Assembly: GCA_045126855.1 (NCBI GenBank)
Contig: JBGVPG010000008.1
Coordinates: 66,158 to 130,157, forward strand
Direction of reading: 5' to 3'
DNA: 64,000 bases
Source: Eubacteriales bacterium
GTDB taxonomy: Bacteria; Bacillota; Clostridia; Oscillospirales; CAG-272
Positions 18,185 to 27,951 of this stretch are shown here, in pieces. Position 1 is the first letter of the stretch. Each line of letters opens with the position of its first letter. The translations under genes were made by a program, and so were the position numbers. The notes beneath the pieces are model-generated. The model saw nothing but the letters and a program-made list of their open reading frames with translations, was not told the origin of the DNA and searched no databases.

Positions 18185-19606
18185 TTAAATATTTTTCAAA
18201 ACGTTAATAATATATCCGTACACTCTGTCAAAGGAGGAAAGCGAAAGCCTCTCGTCGGGGGTGTGAATATCGTGGTTGTCAGGTCCAATAGAAACGCAGT
18301 CAAGGCCGTCCATCTTGTCAGAGAAAATACCGCACTCAAGTCCTGCGTGGATCGTAACTACGGTAGCATCATTGCCGTACATTTCCTTGTAAACCTTGCA
18401 CATTACGTCACGGAGGTGGGATTCCTTGCGGTATTCCCAGGCAGGGTATTCGCCACGGACGGAGATCTCACCGCCGTGAGCTGCAACCACGCTGCGAATT
18501 TTGTCGATCAGCTTTGACTTCTCCTCACCCTTGGCACTTCTTACCGAAACGGTGAGATCAAGTGACTTGGAGTCAAGTCTGATTATTCCCATGTTCAGAG
18601 AGGTCTCAACAAGTCCCTCGATATCTTCCATCATGCGTGTAACACCGTTGGGCATTTCGTTAATAAGTGCTATAAGGTTCTGGCTGTCCTCGACGCTCAT
18701 AAGCTTTGCGGAGGAGATGTTCATTTCAACGCTGAACCTTGCATCAGACTCATCCTCGGGCAGGGCAGACTTAGCGTTGTCTATCACCTCGCTGATCTCA
18801 AAAATCGAGGATTTAGTATTGAAAATAAGGATAATGTCGGAGGGAATTGCGTTGTCGGCGCTTCCGCCCAAGGTCTTTCCGAGACGAACTCCGTCAAGCT
18901 CAGAAAGTATTTCTGCCGCACATTTTATCGCATTTGCACGGTTCTTGTGTATTTCAACTCCGCTGTGTCCACCCTTGAATCCCTCGATTTTCAGGGTGTA
19001 GATCTGACCGATATGAGTCTTTGTCTTGATGGGAAGGTTAATGTCAACTCTTGCGCCGCCTGCACAGCCTGCGGTAAAGATGCCCTCCTCGTCGGAGTCG
19101 ATGTTGATAAGCATCTTGCCGTGGAGAACCGAGGCATCAAGAGCTGTCGCACCGAGAAGACCAACCTCCTCGTCGGAGGTGAATACCGCCTCAAGCTCGG
19201 GGTGAGCAAGGTCGGTGGAATCAAGAATAGCCATAGCGTATGCCATAGCGACACCATCGTCAGCACCGAGGGTGGTGCCTCTTGCACGAAGATAGTCTCC
19301 GTCACGGTAAAGGTCGAGCCCCTCATTTTCCATATCAATGGGACAGTCGGGAGTCTTGAGGGCAACGATGTCGGTGTGCCCCTGAAGGATTACACCGGGA
19401 CGGTCCTCGTAACCGGCGGTAGCAGGTTTTCTGATTACAACGTTGTCGCTCTCGTCACGGTAGCACTCAAGTCCACGCTTCTTAGCAAAGGCAACAAGGT
19501 AATCTGCAATAGCCTTAGTGTTACCGGATCCTCTTGGTATTTTAGAAAATTCCTCGAAAAATCTCAGAGCCTTTTCGGAGGAAGGATAGTCATGAAAATC
19601 TAACAT
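18185..19606 (-). CDS. pepD: aminoacyl-histidine (Xaa-His) dipeptidase, M20C
   Basis: 473 aa; GHTDIV, TSDEEVGLLGA, dimerisation lid; typical PepD length. Confidence 0.85.
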   Translation of the reverse strand: MLDFHDYPSSEKALRFFEEFSKIPRGSGNTKAIADYLVAFAKKRGLECYRDESDNVVIRKPATAGYEDRPGVILQGHTDIVALKTPDCPIDMENEGLDLYRDGDYLRARGTTLGADDGVAMAYAMAILDSTDLAHPELEAVFTSDEEVGLLGATALDASVLHGKMLINIDSDEEGIFTAGCAGGARVDINLPIKTKTHIGQIYTLKIEGFKGGHSGVEIHKNRANAIKCAAEILSELDGVRLGKTLGGSADNAIPSDIILIFNTKSSIFEISEVIDNAKSALPEDESDARFSVEMNISSAKLMSVEDSQNLIALINEMPNGVTRMMEDIEGLVETSLNMGIIRLDSKSLDLTVSVRSAKGEEKSKLIDKIRSVVAAHGGEISVRGEYPAWEYRKESHLRDVMCKVYKEMYGNDATVVTIHAGLECGIFSDKMDGLDCVSIGPDNHDIHTPDERLSLSSFDRVYGYIINVLKNI

Positions 19607-19730
19607 ATTTGCTCCTTTTCATTGGTTTTATTACTATTTTACAACATATATGAAGATTTTTCAAGGAGTAAGTTGACTTTTTTTATTAAAAGTTGTAAAA
19701 TATATAAAAACAAACGTGCGAGGTTTATTT

Positions 19731-20996
19731 ATGGCATACGTAAACGAGCTTATAGATTTTATTAAGGCGTCTCCCAGCGCCCACCATACCGTTGACAGTG
19801 TGAAGCGTGCTCTCTTGGCAGAGGGCTATACCGAGCTTTGCGAAAGTAATCCCGAGGCCTTTTCCGACGGCGGCAAGCATTTCGTCATTCGTGGCGGAAG
19901 CTCAATTATTGCCTTTAAGGGTAAGGGTGATGGTTTTATGATCTGTGCATCCCATTCCGATTCCCCCTGCTTTAAGGTTAAGGACGAGCTTGCAGGAGCA
20001 AGGTACACACGTCTTGCTACCGAGAAGTATGGCGGAATGATTCATTATACCTGGCTTGACCGTCCTCTTTCCGTTGCGGGCAGAGTGGTCGTTAAGACTC
20101 CCACAGGAGTTAAGGGCGTTCTTGTTAATCTCGATAAGGCGGCTCTCACCATTCCCAGCGTTGCGATCCACCTAAATAGAGGAGTGAACGACGGATATAA
20201 GTTCAACCCTGCAACCGATCTTCTCCCCCTTCTTGGCACGGCAGAGGCAAAGGGCGCGCTTATGACTGCTCTCGCAGCTCAGGCGAATGCAAAGCCCGAG
20301 GATATCATTTCCCACGACCTTTATCTTTATAACGCAGAGGAGGGCAGAGTGATCGGTATTAACGATGAGCTTGTTCTCGCTCCCAGAATTGACGATCTTG
20401 GTTGCGTTTACGCATCCCTTCGTGCCTTCCTTGACGCACCCGAGAGCAAAAACGTTTCCGTCCTTGCGGTATTTGACAATGAGGAGGTCGGCTCAGAGAC
20501 AAAGCAGGGCGCCGCGTCCACCTTCCTTGATATGACCCTCGGCGCAATAGCAGGCAACAGATATTCTCAGATGCTCCATAACTCCTTTATGGTAAGCGCA
20601 GACAACGCTCACGCTATACACCCCAACCACCCCGAGCTTTATGACGGCACCAATGCTCCCCACCTCGGCGGCGGTGTTGTGGTTAAGTACAACGCAAATC
20701 AGCGCTATACCACCGATGCGATTTCCGACGGCATCTTCACCACCATTGCAGAGCGTGCAGGCGCAAAGCTTCAGAAGTTCTCCAACCGTGCGGATATGGT
20801 CGGCGGCTCCACCCTCGGTTCGATATCCAACACCCGTGTGTCGGTTTCCACCGTTGATATCGGTCTGCCTCAGCTTGCAATGCACTCGGCAACCGAAACC
20901 GCCGCTGTAAGCGACCTTACCGATATGGTAAAGGTGCTCACCGCCCTCTATTCCTCATCCCTTGAGCGAATGGGCGACGAAATAATAATCAAATAA
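19731..20996 (+). CDS. M18-family aminopeptidase
   Basis: start at ATG 19731 (RBS GCGAGG); motifs SHSDSPCFKVK, DNEEVGS, HSATE. Confidence 0.85.
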   Translation: MAYVNELIDFIKASPSAHHTVDSVKRALLAEGYTELCESNPEAFSDGGKHFVIRGGSSIIAFKGKGDGFMICASHSDSPCFKVKDELAGARYTRLATEKYGGMIHYTWLDRPLSVAGRVVVKTPTGVKGVLVNLDKAALTIPSVAIHLNRGVNDGYKFNPATDLLPLLGTAEAKGALMTALAAQANAKPEDIISHDLYLYNAEEGRVIGINDELVLAPRIDDLGCVYASLRAFLDAPESKNVSVLAVFDNEEVGSETKQGAASTFLDMTLGAIAGNRYSQMLHNSFMVSADNAHAIHPNHPELYDGTNAPHLGGGVVVKYNANQRYTTDAISDGIFTTIAERAGAKLQKFSNRADMVGGSTLGSISNTRVSVSTVDIGLPQLAMHSATETAAVSDLTDMVKVLTALYSSSLERMGDEIIIK

Positions 20997-21036
20997 AAAA
21001 CGAAAAAAGGCGACGGATCACTCCGTCGCCTTGTAT

Positions 21037-21906
21037 TTATTTATACCACGTTGGCACAATATTTGTCATATTATCGTACCATTGCAAAATCTCGTCCGCT
21101 TGCCTTCTCATTACCTTTACTTCATCGTCACCGAATGGAATTGCCCAAGGAAGGGAGCTGAGAGTGTTTGAACAAATATATAGCGCAAGCAAACGCCAAA
21201 AATCAATAGGAACGTTGTGAGTGAAATATCCGTCAACCATACCGCGAGCAAAGTCTGGAGCAGCCTGAGCGCACCAAACTATACGGTTGAACTCCTCCCA
21301 CGGATCTCCGTAATCATCACGGTCGAAATCAATGATGTTAAGAACTCCGTTTTTGTCTATCATCATATTTCCGATGTGGTAATCTCCGTGCTGATATGTT
21401 TGCGGTCTGTTTGCGAGTAAACGCCTGTTGTCTTCAATATATTTCAGGAAAAGATGCCCCCGTTCATATTTCAGGTCACAGGCTTGATACATTGCTATTT
21501 TGCGGTCAATTTTTGCATTGAATCGATCTTCCCAGTAGGGAATATCATCCGGGGCAGGTAATGTGTGAATTTTTGCCAGTATTTTTCCTGCATCAAGTCC
21601 GTAGGAGTACTGTGTGTCAGAGGAAAGCGTGGGAAGATATTCCTCGGCGTCAAAGCCCTCGATATAACCTTCAATGGTGTAAACGCCCTCGTCACATATA
21701 CCGAATTCTAGTGGTGCCGCCATTGGAATACCAAGCTTCGCCACCTCGCACATTTTGTCAAACTCTCGTTTTCTGCGTTCGTGCTTTGCAAGAGGTGAAA
21801 TACGAAGCAGATACACGCTTCCATCGGATGAGCTTACACGATATTTTTTGTCTCCCGACCAGCCCTTGTTTATAATTTCTTTGCTGATGAGATTATCTAT
21901 AAACAT
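21037..21906 (-). CDS. aminoglycoside/choline-kinase-type phosphotransferase family protein
   Basis: 289 aa; Brenner motif HGDYHIGNMMID and IDFDRDDYGDPWEEF. Confidence 0.8.
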   Translation of the reverse strand: MFIDNLISKEIINKGWSGDKKYRVSSSDGSVYLLRISPLAKHERRKREFDKMCEVAKLGIPMAAPLEFGICDEGVYTIEGYIEGFDAEEYLPTLSSDTQYSYGLDAGKILAKIHTLPAPDDIPYWEDRFNAKIDRKIAMYQACDLKYERGHLFLKYIEDNRRLLANRPQTYQHGDYHIGNMMIDKNGVLNIIDFDRDDYGDPWEEFNRIVWCAQAAPDFARGMVDGYFTHNVPIDFWRLLALYICSNTLSSLPWAIPFGDDEVKVMRRQADEILQWYDNMTNIVPTWYK

Positions 21907-21939
21907 ATTTACTTTAAAATCGGATTTTTGCTTTGCGGA

Positions 21940-22566
21940 TTATTCCATTTTCATTTTCGCAAACTGGCAGATAAGCTCTACCGTTCCTTCGATACCGAGG
22001 GTGGAGGAGTTGATAGCCATATCGTAGTTGTCATACTTGCCCCACTTGTTGCCGGTGTAGAAGTTGTAGTATGTAGATCTGCGTTTGTCTGTCTTGTTGA
22101 TAGCGTCGATTATCTGAGAGGATTTCAGCTCAGGGTGTCTCATAGCCACTCTCTCCTTGCGGTGATCAAGATCACCGTAGATAAAGAGCCTTATGACGTT
22201 TGGCTCGTCCCTCAGAACGTAATCTGCACATCTGCCGATGAACACGCCGCTGCCCTGTGCTGCGTAGTCACGAATAACCTCCGATTGGAGAAGGAAGAGT
22301 TTGTCGTTAAGGGGCATCTTGTAGCCGAAATGCATAGCTGTTCCTAGGGTGTTTGATCCCATAGCAAGGGTGTAGAGCAGGCTGTTCGCCGAGGATTCGT
22401 CTGCGCTTTTGAGCACCTCAACGTTAAGGTCGCCCTTTGCCGCTACCTCTGTGATAAGCACCTTATCATAGATTGGAATATTGAGTGCTGCCGCAACACG
22501 CTCTCCGATTTCACGTCCTCCGCTGCCGTACTGTCTCGCAATAGTGATAAGAATCTTTTTTGCCAT
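21940..22566 (-). CDS. cytidylate kinase-like family protein
   Basis: P-loop-like ARQYGSGGREIG; start set to ATG 22566 (RBS GGTGAG) rather than GTG 22575. Confidence 0.7.
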   Translation of the reverse strand: MAKKILITIARQYGSGGREIGERVAAALNIPIYDKVLITEVAAKGDLNVEVLKSADESSANSLLYTLAMGSNTLGTAMHFGYKMPLNDKLFLLQSEVIRDYAAQGSGVFIGRCADYVLRDEPNVIRLFIYGDLDHRKERVAMRHPELKSSQIIDAINKTDKRRSTYYNFYTGNKWGKYDNYDMAINSSTLGIEGTVELICQFAKMKME

Positions 22567-22667
22567 AAATCTCACCAGCCCTTTTTATTTTATTCTACCA
22601 CAAAAAATTGGATTTGTAAAGTGGAAATTTTAACGGCGCGTCGGCTTTTTACCGACGCGCCTTTTGA

Positions 22668-23945
22668 TTAATGCATATGCATGATTCTGTAAAGGTATTC
22701 TGCAACGTCACCACGGGTCACCTTTTCGGAGAGAGCGCCCGTGTCGTTTGAATCGAAGATCCCAAGAGAGCACATGGCATAAACACCTGCTCTCGCCCAC
22801 ACGGGAATATCACTCTCGGTGGCGAATACACTCTCCTCACCCTCGTTACCGTTTGCCACAAGGCTTGCCATGATTTTTGCCGCCTCATAGCGTGTTATTT
22901 CTTCACCGGGCGCGAAGACGAGCTTTCCGTCCTTAAAGTCACCGCTGACGATTCCAACACGCTGTGCGGTGGCTATATAGCTCTTCAGCGATGGGGTGAT
23001 GTCGCCGTCATCGTCGAAATAGGTGTGGGTCAGGGTAGAGTCGGCTCGAATACCGCAGCACTTCATTGCCATTGCTACAAACTCCGCACGGCTCACCGTA
23101 AGGTCGGGCTCAAAGTATAGATCGTCACCAACCTGCCTGCCGTTCATAATACCCATAGCCGTTACCGCCACGGCGGCGTTGTATTCCTCTCTGTCCTCCA
23201 TATCACGGTATACCGTCTCGCACATACGCTCGTTAACCCTGACGGAGACCGTCACGGGCTCGGAGTAATTGCCGTATTCATCACGGACCACGAAGGTGAA
23301 TTTATCCTTGCCGGTATAACCGCTAACGGGAGTGTAGCAGTATCTTCCGTCTTCATCACTGATGGTAAGCATGCCTCTCTTAGGATAGGATACAATGATA
23401 TACTCAAGGGCATCGCCCTCAGGGTCGTGTGCCTCGAGGTTGCCCCATACCGAGATGGACTCCTGGGTTACGACACTTGCAACACCAATGGAATCTCCCA
23501 CCGCCTCGGGTGCGTAATTGACCTTATCGATAAACTTCATAATACACTCAATCTCAGCACCCCCGGCATAGCCGTTCACCGTAAATCTGAAGCTGCATTC
23601 GTTGACCGTGTCCGATGCAGGAATGAACACCATAGAGCCGATACTTTTGCGCTTTATTACACGTCCTTTCCCAACACGTCTGCCACCGACCAGAAGGGTA
23701 CCCTCGGTTGACGAGGGGATCTCGGTAATGGTAATGCTATCGAAATCCAACAGCACAAGTGCAGACTTGAAATCTCCGTCCGTGAAGCAGATTTTTTGAC
23801 CCAAAAGCCCTGTTTTAATAAGATTTACGTCGGATGCGATCACCTCGGCTCCGCTGCCGAAGAACGCCGAGACGGACATCCCACCGCAAAACACGGCAGA
23901 GCATATCGCTGTTATGATAAGAAGCGTAGAAAATATTTTTTTCAT
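22668..23945 (-). CDS. secreted cadherin-like/Ig-like + SLH-domain cell-surface protein
   Basis: signal peptide from MKKIFSTLLIITA (ATG 23945); DPEGDALEY...GYTGKDKFTFVVRD cadherin-like module; C-terminal SLH-like repeats. Confidence 0.75.
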   Translation of the reverse strand: MKKIFSTLLIITAICSAVFCGGMSVSAFFGSGAEVIASDVNLIKTGLLGQKICFTDGDFKSALVLLDFDSITITEIPSSTEGTLLVGGRRVGKGRVIKRKSIGSMVFIPASDTVNECSFRFTVNGYAGGAEIECIMKFIDKVNYAPEAVGDSIGVASVVTQESISVWGNLEAHDPEGDALEYIIVSYPKRGMLTISDEDGRYCYTPVSGYTGKDKFTFVVRDEYGNYSEPVTVSVRVNERMCETVYRDMEDREEYNAAVAVTAMGIMNGRQVGDDLYFEPDLTVSRAEFVAMAMKCCGIRADSTLTHTYFDDDGDITPSLKSYIATAQRVGIVSGDFKDGKLVFAPGEEITRYEAAKIMASLVANGNEGEESVFATESDIPVWARAGVYAMCSLGIFDSNDTGALSEKVTRGDVAEYLYRIMHMH

Positions 23946-24084
23946 TATTAACCAATCCTTTCCGTTTTCCATTTTCCGTAAAGCTATTTTTGCCCGCAAA
24001 AATTATTTTTATTCGCCGAAAAAGGTTGCAATAAAAGAAAAAACTTGGTATAATGTTATTGAATAAAATTGCAGAGGAAAACCT

Positions 24085-26295
24085 ATGGCACAGGCATCGG
24101 GAAAGCTTACCTTGAAGGGCACAATTGAAAACCTGGTCTACCGCAACGACAAGAATGATTACACCGTTATGGAAATAGTAACGGATGACGATGAGCTGGT
24201 TTGCGCGGTAGGCACTATTCCTATGTCCTTTGAAGGTGAGATAGTATCGCTTCGCGGAAGCTGGACCTACCACAAGGATTTTGGTAAGCAGTTTGCCTTC
24301 GAGTCCTTTGAGAAGACTCTGCCGGATGACGTTGACGGTATCTTTAAATACCTCTCCTCGGGTACTATAAAAGGCGTGGGACCCGTAACTGCATTGAAGA
24401 TTGTTAATCGCTTCGGTGCAGATAGCTTCGACGTTATCGAGCATCGTCCCGAGTGGCTTGCAGATATTCCCGGAATAACACGCAAAAATGCGGCGGTGAT
24501 CTCCGAATCCTTCCGTGAGCAGGCAGGTATCCGTGGTGTAATGATGTTCTGCAAGGACTATATGGCGGCAGGCGAGGTTTCGAGAGTTTATAAGAAGTTC
24601 GGTGCAGGTGCCGTTGGAATAATCAAGGACAACCCATATATTCTTTGTAACGGTGAATTGTCTATTCCTTTCGCCAAGGCAGATGCTATTGCTATGAGTC
24701 TTGGTACGCCTATTGATTCTAAGGAGAGGATACTCAGCGGAATCAGCTTCGTGCTTCGCAACGTGGCTGCCCAGAACGGACATACCTGTTATCCTATTGG
24801 CGATACTGTAACCGCCGCCTCCGAGCTTTTGGGCGTTGATATAGAGAAGGTTGAAAATATCCTTGATAAGCTAATCGATAACGGTGAACTGTCGCTTTAC
24901 AAAAAGAATGGCGAATCCTTCCTTATGACGAACGAAACGGCAGAGGACGAGGATACCGTAGCCAGAAACCTGACTCGCATTATGAGGTCTGCAGGACGCT
25001 TTGGTGCGATGGATATATCCGTGCTTATTGAGAAGGTAGAGACAACTCTCGGTATCAGCTTTGCTCCCTTGCAGAGAGAGGCTATATTCGCTTCTCTTGA
25101 AAACGGTGTAATGATCCTTACAGGTGGCCCCGGTACGGGAAAGACCACGGTTGTGCGTGCTATGCTTTCCATATTCAATAGCGTGGGATTGTCTACAGTC
25201 CTCGCGGCTCCCACCGGCCGCGCCGCAAAAAGAATGAGCGAGGCTACGGGTGAGGAGGCTAAAACCGTACATAGAATGCTGGAGATGGAGAGAGGAATTG
25301 ACGGCAACGTCAGGTTCGGCAGGGGAGAGAGAAATCCCATTAACGAGCAGGTCGTTATTGTAGACGAGGCATCAATGCTTGATCTGTCGCTGACGGCGTC
25401 ACTTCTCAGAGCAATGAAGCGTGGAGCAAGGCTTATACTTATCGGTGACTCGGATCAGCTTCCCAGCGTTGGCGCAGGAAACGTTCTGTCGGATCTTATC
25501 GGCTCTGAGCGTATAAAAACAATACGCCTTACTGAGATATTCCGTCAGTCAAAGGAGAGCCTTATAATAACTAACGCTCATCTGATTAACGAAGGAACTC
25601 CTCCGATCATCAATAGAGCAGACAGCGACTTCTTCTTCGTCAGACGTGAGAGGGAGGGGGATATTGCCGAGACGGTTGCCGACCTTATTGATAACCGTCT
25701 TCCCAAAACCTATGGCAAGGATATAAAAGAGAAAATACAGGTAATTACTCCGTCAAAGCGAGGTGCGGGCGGTGTTGAGGCGATGAACACCATTCTTCAG
25801 GACAGACTTAATCCAAAGACGTCATTCAAGAAAGAGCGAGCCTCTCACGGCGTTATTTTCCGAGAGGGAGATCGCGTAATGCAGACGGTGAATAATTATG
25901 ATATAGAGTGGGAAAAGAACGGTGCTGTTGGCGTTGGACTTTTCAACGGTGATATTGGCATCATTGAGGAAATCAGCGATAAGCGTGAAAAAATGCGCAT
26001 TCGCTTCGACGACCGAGTTGCCGAATACGATTTCGATATGCTGGAGGAGCTTGAGCTTGCCTACGCTATCACCGTGCACAAAAGTCAGGGAAGCGAATAT
26101 CCTGTTGTTATAATTCCCATGTACGCCTGCGCACCTATGCTTATGGCAAGGAATCTTCTTTATACGGCGGTGACCCGTGCCAAGTCGATGGTTATTTTGG
26201 TGGGACGAACGGATATACCTCGTAAAATGACCGAAAATGACAGGCAGATTACGAGATTTACCGCTTTAAAGGACAAAATTATTGATTATCTTTAA
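24085..26295 (+). CDS. recD2: ATP-dependent RecD-like DNA helicase
   Basis: 736 aa; Walker A GGPGTGKTT, VDEASML, GDSDQLPSVG, C-terminal ITVHKSQGSE. Confidence 0.9.
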   Translation: MAQASGKLTLKGTIENLVYRNDKNDYTVMEIVTDDDELVCAVGTIPMSFEGEIVSLRGSWTYHKDFGKQFAFESFEKTLPDDVDGIFKYLSSGTIKGVGPVTALKIVNRFGADSFDVIEHRPEWLADIPGITRKNAAVISESFREQAGIRGVMMFCKDYMAAGEVSRVYKKFGAGAVGIIKDNPYILCNGELSIPFAKADAIAMSLGTPIDSKERILSGISFVLRNVAAQNGHTCYPIGDTVTAASELLGVDIEKVENILDKLIDNGELSLYKKNGESFLMTNETAEDEDTVARNLTRIMRSAGRFGAMDISVLIEKVETTLGISFAPLQREAIFASLENGVMILTGGPGTGKTTVVRAMLSIFNSVGLSTVLAAPTGRAAKRMSEATGEEAKTVHRMLEMERGIDGNVRFGRGERNPINEQVVIVDEASMLDLSLTASLLRAMKRGARLILIGDSDQLPSVGAGNVLSDLIGSERIKTIRLTEIFRQSKESLIITNAHLINEGTPPIINRADSDFFFVRREREGDIAETVADLIDNRLPKTYGKDIKEKIQVITPSKRGAGGVEAMNTILQDRLNPKTSFKKERASHGVIFREGDRVMQTVNNYDIEWEKNGAVGVGLFNGDIGIIEEISDKREKMRIRFDDRVAEYDFDMLEELELAYAITVHKSQGSEYPVVIIPMYACAPMLMARNLLYTAVTRAKSMVILVGRTDIPRKMTENDRQITRFTALKDKIIDYL

Positions 26296-26384
26296 AAATA
26301 TACTTGAAATTTCTACTTAGATGTAGTATAATATGATGTAGCTGTAAAATTATAGCTGAAAAATGACACAGAAAGGAATGCGGC

Positions 26385-27404
26385 ATGGTTACAAAGATCG
26401 GTCTTGACCTCGGATACGCCAATATTACTATAAGCGATACCGCGGCAGGTGTTTATCGTGAGCAATCTATAGCATTGATTGACAGAGACAGTCGCCGTAT
26501 TATTTCTGTAGGAAACACGGCTGTTGAAAAGAGTGAGGAGCTTGGGGATGCTGCTATGCTTGTCAGACCCTTCAAGAACGGCATTCTTTTTGATAGGCAG
26601 ATTACCGAGAGCGTTGTAAAGCAGGTTGTTGGCTCCATACCCAAGGACGAGCGCATTCGTTGTGTTATCGGTGTGCCCTCGGGTCTTGTGGCAAAGCAGG
26701 AAAAGGAGATATTCAGCATTCTTACCGAGGCAGGTATAACCGATTGTTATGCGGTTAATCGTGCGCTTGCTGCACTTATAGGTGCAGGGCACTCCCCTCT
26801 TGAAAATATCGTTTCCGTTAACGTCGGTGCGGCACATACCGAGATCTGCGTTATGATCGACGGTAAGATTGTATATGCTGACAGAGCTGCGGTCGGCGGC
26901 GAGGATTTCGACAAAGCTGTTAAGCAGTACATAAGCGATAGAGGTGGAGTTAACGTATCACTCTCGGTTGCTCGAGCGATAAAGGAACAGCTTGGTTCGG
27001 TTTGGCAGGGGAAGGAAGAGTCCAGCGTGGATATCGAGGGCACTCTCGCTCTTACGGGTAACAGAGTACAGATGACTATTTCCTCAGAGGACATCGTCGG
27101 TGTATTCGAGAAACCTTTGCATAAGCTTCTTATGGCAGTAGCCCAGGCGATCAAGAGCATTCCGCTTGACAGCGTTGAGAAGGTGTTTAAGAACGGTGTT
27201 CTTCTCACCGGTGGCGGTGCTATGATTCACGGTATGGATCTGATGATGAGCAAGGTGCTTGGCATCAACGTAACCATTCCGGATAGCCCCATCGATTCTG
27301 TTGCAAAGGGATTGTCCTTAATCAATACAAAGATCCCTGTGAAGGGTAGGGCATCACAGAAAAACGTTACCGATCAGGTTAGCGAATATTACAAGGATAA
27401 GTAA
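26385..27404 (+). CDS. divergent MreB/Mbl-like actin-fold ATPase
   Basis: 339 aa; phosphate-1 IGLDLGYANI, VNVGAAHTE, adenosine motif LTGGGAMIHG. Confidence 0.75.
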   Translation: MVTKIGLDLGYANITISDTAAGVYREQSIALIDRDSRRIISVGNTAVEKSEELGDAAMLVRPFKNGILFDRQITESVVKQVVGSIPKDERIRCVIGVPSGLVAKQEKEIFSILTEAGITDCYAVNRALAALIGAGHSPLENIVSVNVGAAHTEICVMIDGKIVYADRAAVGGEDFDKAVKQYISDRGGVNVSLSVARAIKEQLGSVWQGKEESSVDIEGTLALTGNRVQMTISSEDIVGVFEKPLHKLLMAVAQAIKSIPLDSVEKVFKNGVLLTGGGAMIHGMDLMMSKVLGINVTIPDSPIDSVAKGLSLINTKIPVKGRASQKNVTDQVSEYYKDK

Positions 27405-27424
27405 TAAAGGATAAGGATATACAT

Positions 27425-27526
27425 ATGAAAAAAGATTCTCTTTTCGTTAAAATTATGGCAGGTATTCTTGCTGGTCTTATGATTGTCAGTGTGCTTGCAA
27501 TAGCAATTATCTATTTTCTTCAGTAA
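27425..27526 (+). CDS. 33-aa single-TM microprotein (MKKDSLFVKIMAGILAGLMIVSVLAIAIIYFLQ)
   Basis: not in ORF track (too short); ATG 20 nt after mreB-like stop, AGGA-rich RBS, followed at once by a terminator. Confidence 0.45.
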   Translation: MKKDSLFVKIMAGILAGLMIVSVLAIAIIYFLQ

Positions 27527-27543
27527 GTGAAAGAACAAAAAAA

Positions 27544-27571
27544 ATGGCTCCTGTTTGGGAGCCATTTTTTT
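27544..27571 (+). terminator. intrinsic terminator after mreB-like/microprotein unit
   Basis: ATGGCTCC / GGAGCCAT stem, loop, TTTTTTT. Confidence 0.75.
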
Positions 27572-27626
27572 GTCAAAATGGGCAAATTACACTTTTCCGT
27601 TTCAAGGTGTCTGATCTGTTGATGAA

Positions 27627-27785
27627 TGTGGAAAAAAACGAAAAAATCAAAAATTGCACTTTTTTGTTCAAGAAAAGGTGTGGAAAACCTTCCGTGAAAA
27701 AAGTATATTATTCCGATATTTGATACTAATTCATTCATAAAATAAATAAAATATAACGAAAATGATATAATCTAGGTGTGGAAAA
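27627..27785 (+). promoter_or_regulatory. three DnaA-box-like 9-mers TGTGGAAAA
   Basis: 27627-27635, 27679-27687, 27777-27785, same strand; each is one mismatch from TGTGGATAA (RC of TTATCCACA). Confidence 0.3.
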
Positions 27786-27896
27786 TTCATTTCGGCAACA
27801 TCGGAAAAAACGAAAATCAAAATGTCAACAAAATGGCAAAACGGAAAAATACACTTTTATTTTTTCTCAACATTTGAGAAAAACAAAATGTTGAAA

Positions 27897-27931
27897 AGAA
27901 AAAAAGAGGCACGATTTTCGTGCCTCTTTTT
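27897..27931. terminator. bidirectional intrinsic terminator downstream of ftsZ
   Basis: A-run, AGAGGCACGA / TCGTGCCTCT stem, T-run. Confidence 0.75.
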
Positions 27932-27951
27932 ATGTAGATTGTCAGAAGAAA

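Noticed and set aside
27572-27904. Chromosomal origin of replication
   Set aside because: There are only three imperfect boxes, all on one strand. There is no dnaA/dnaN or rpmH nearby and no obvious DUE with 13-mer repeats. A secondary DnaA-box cluster is the most that can be proposed.
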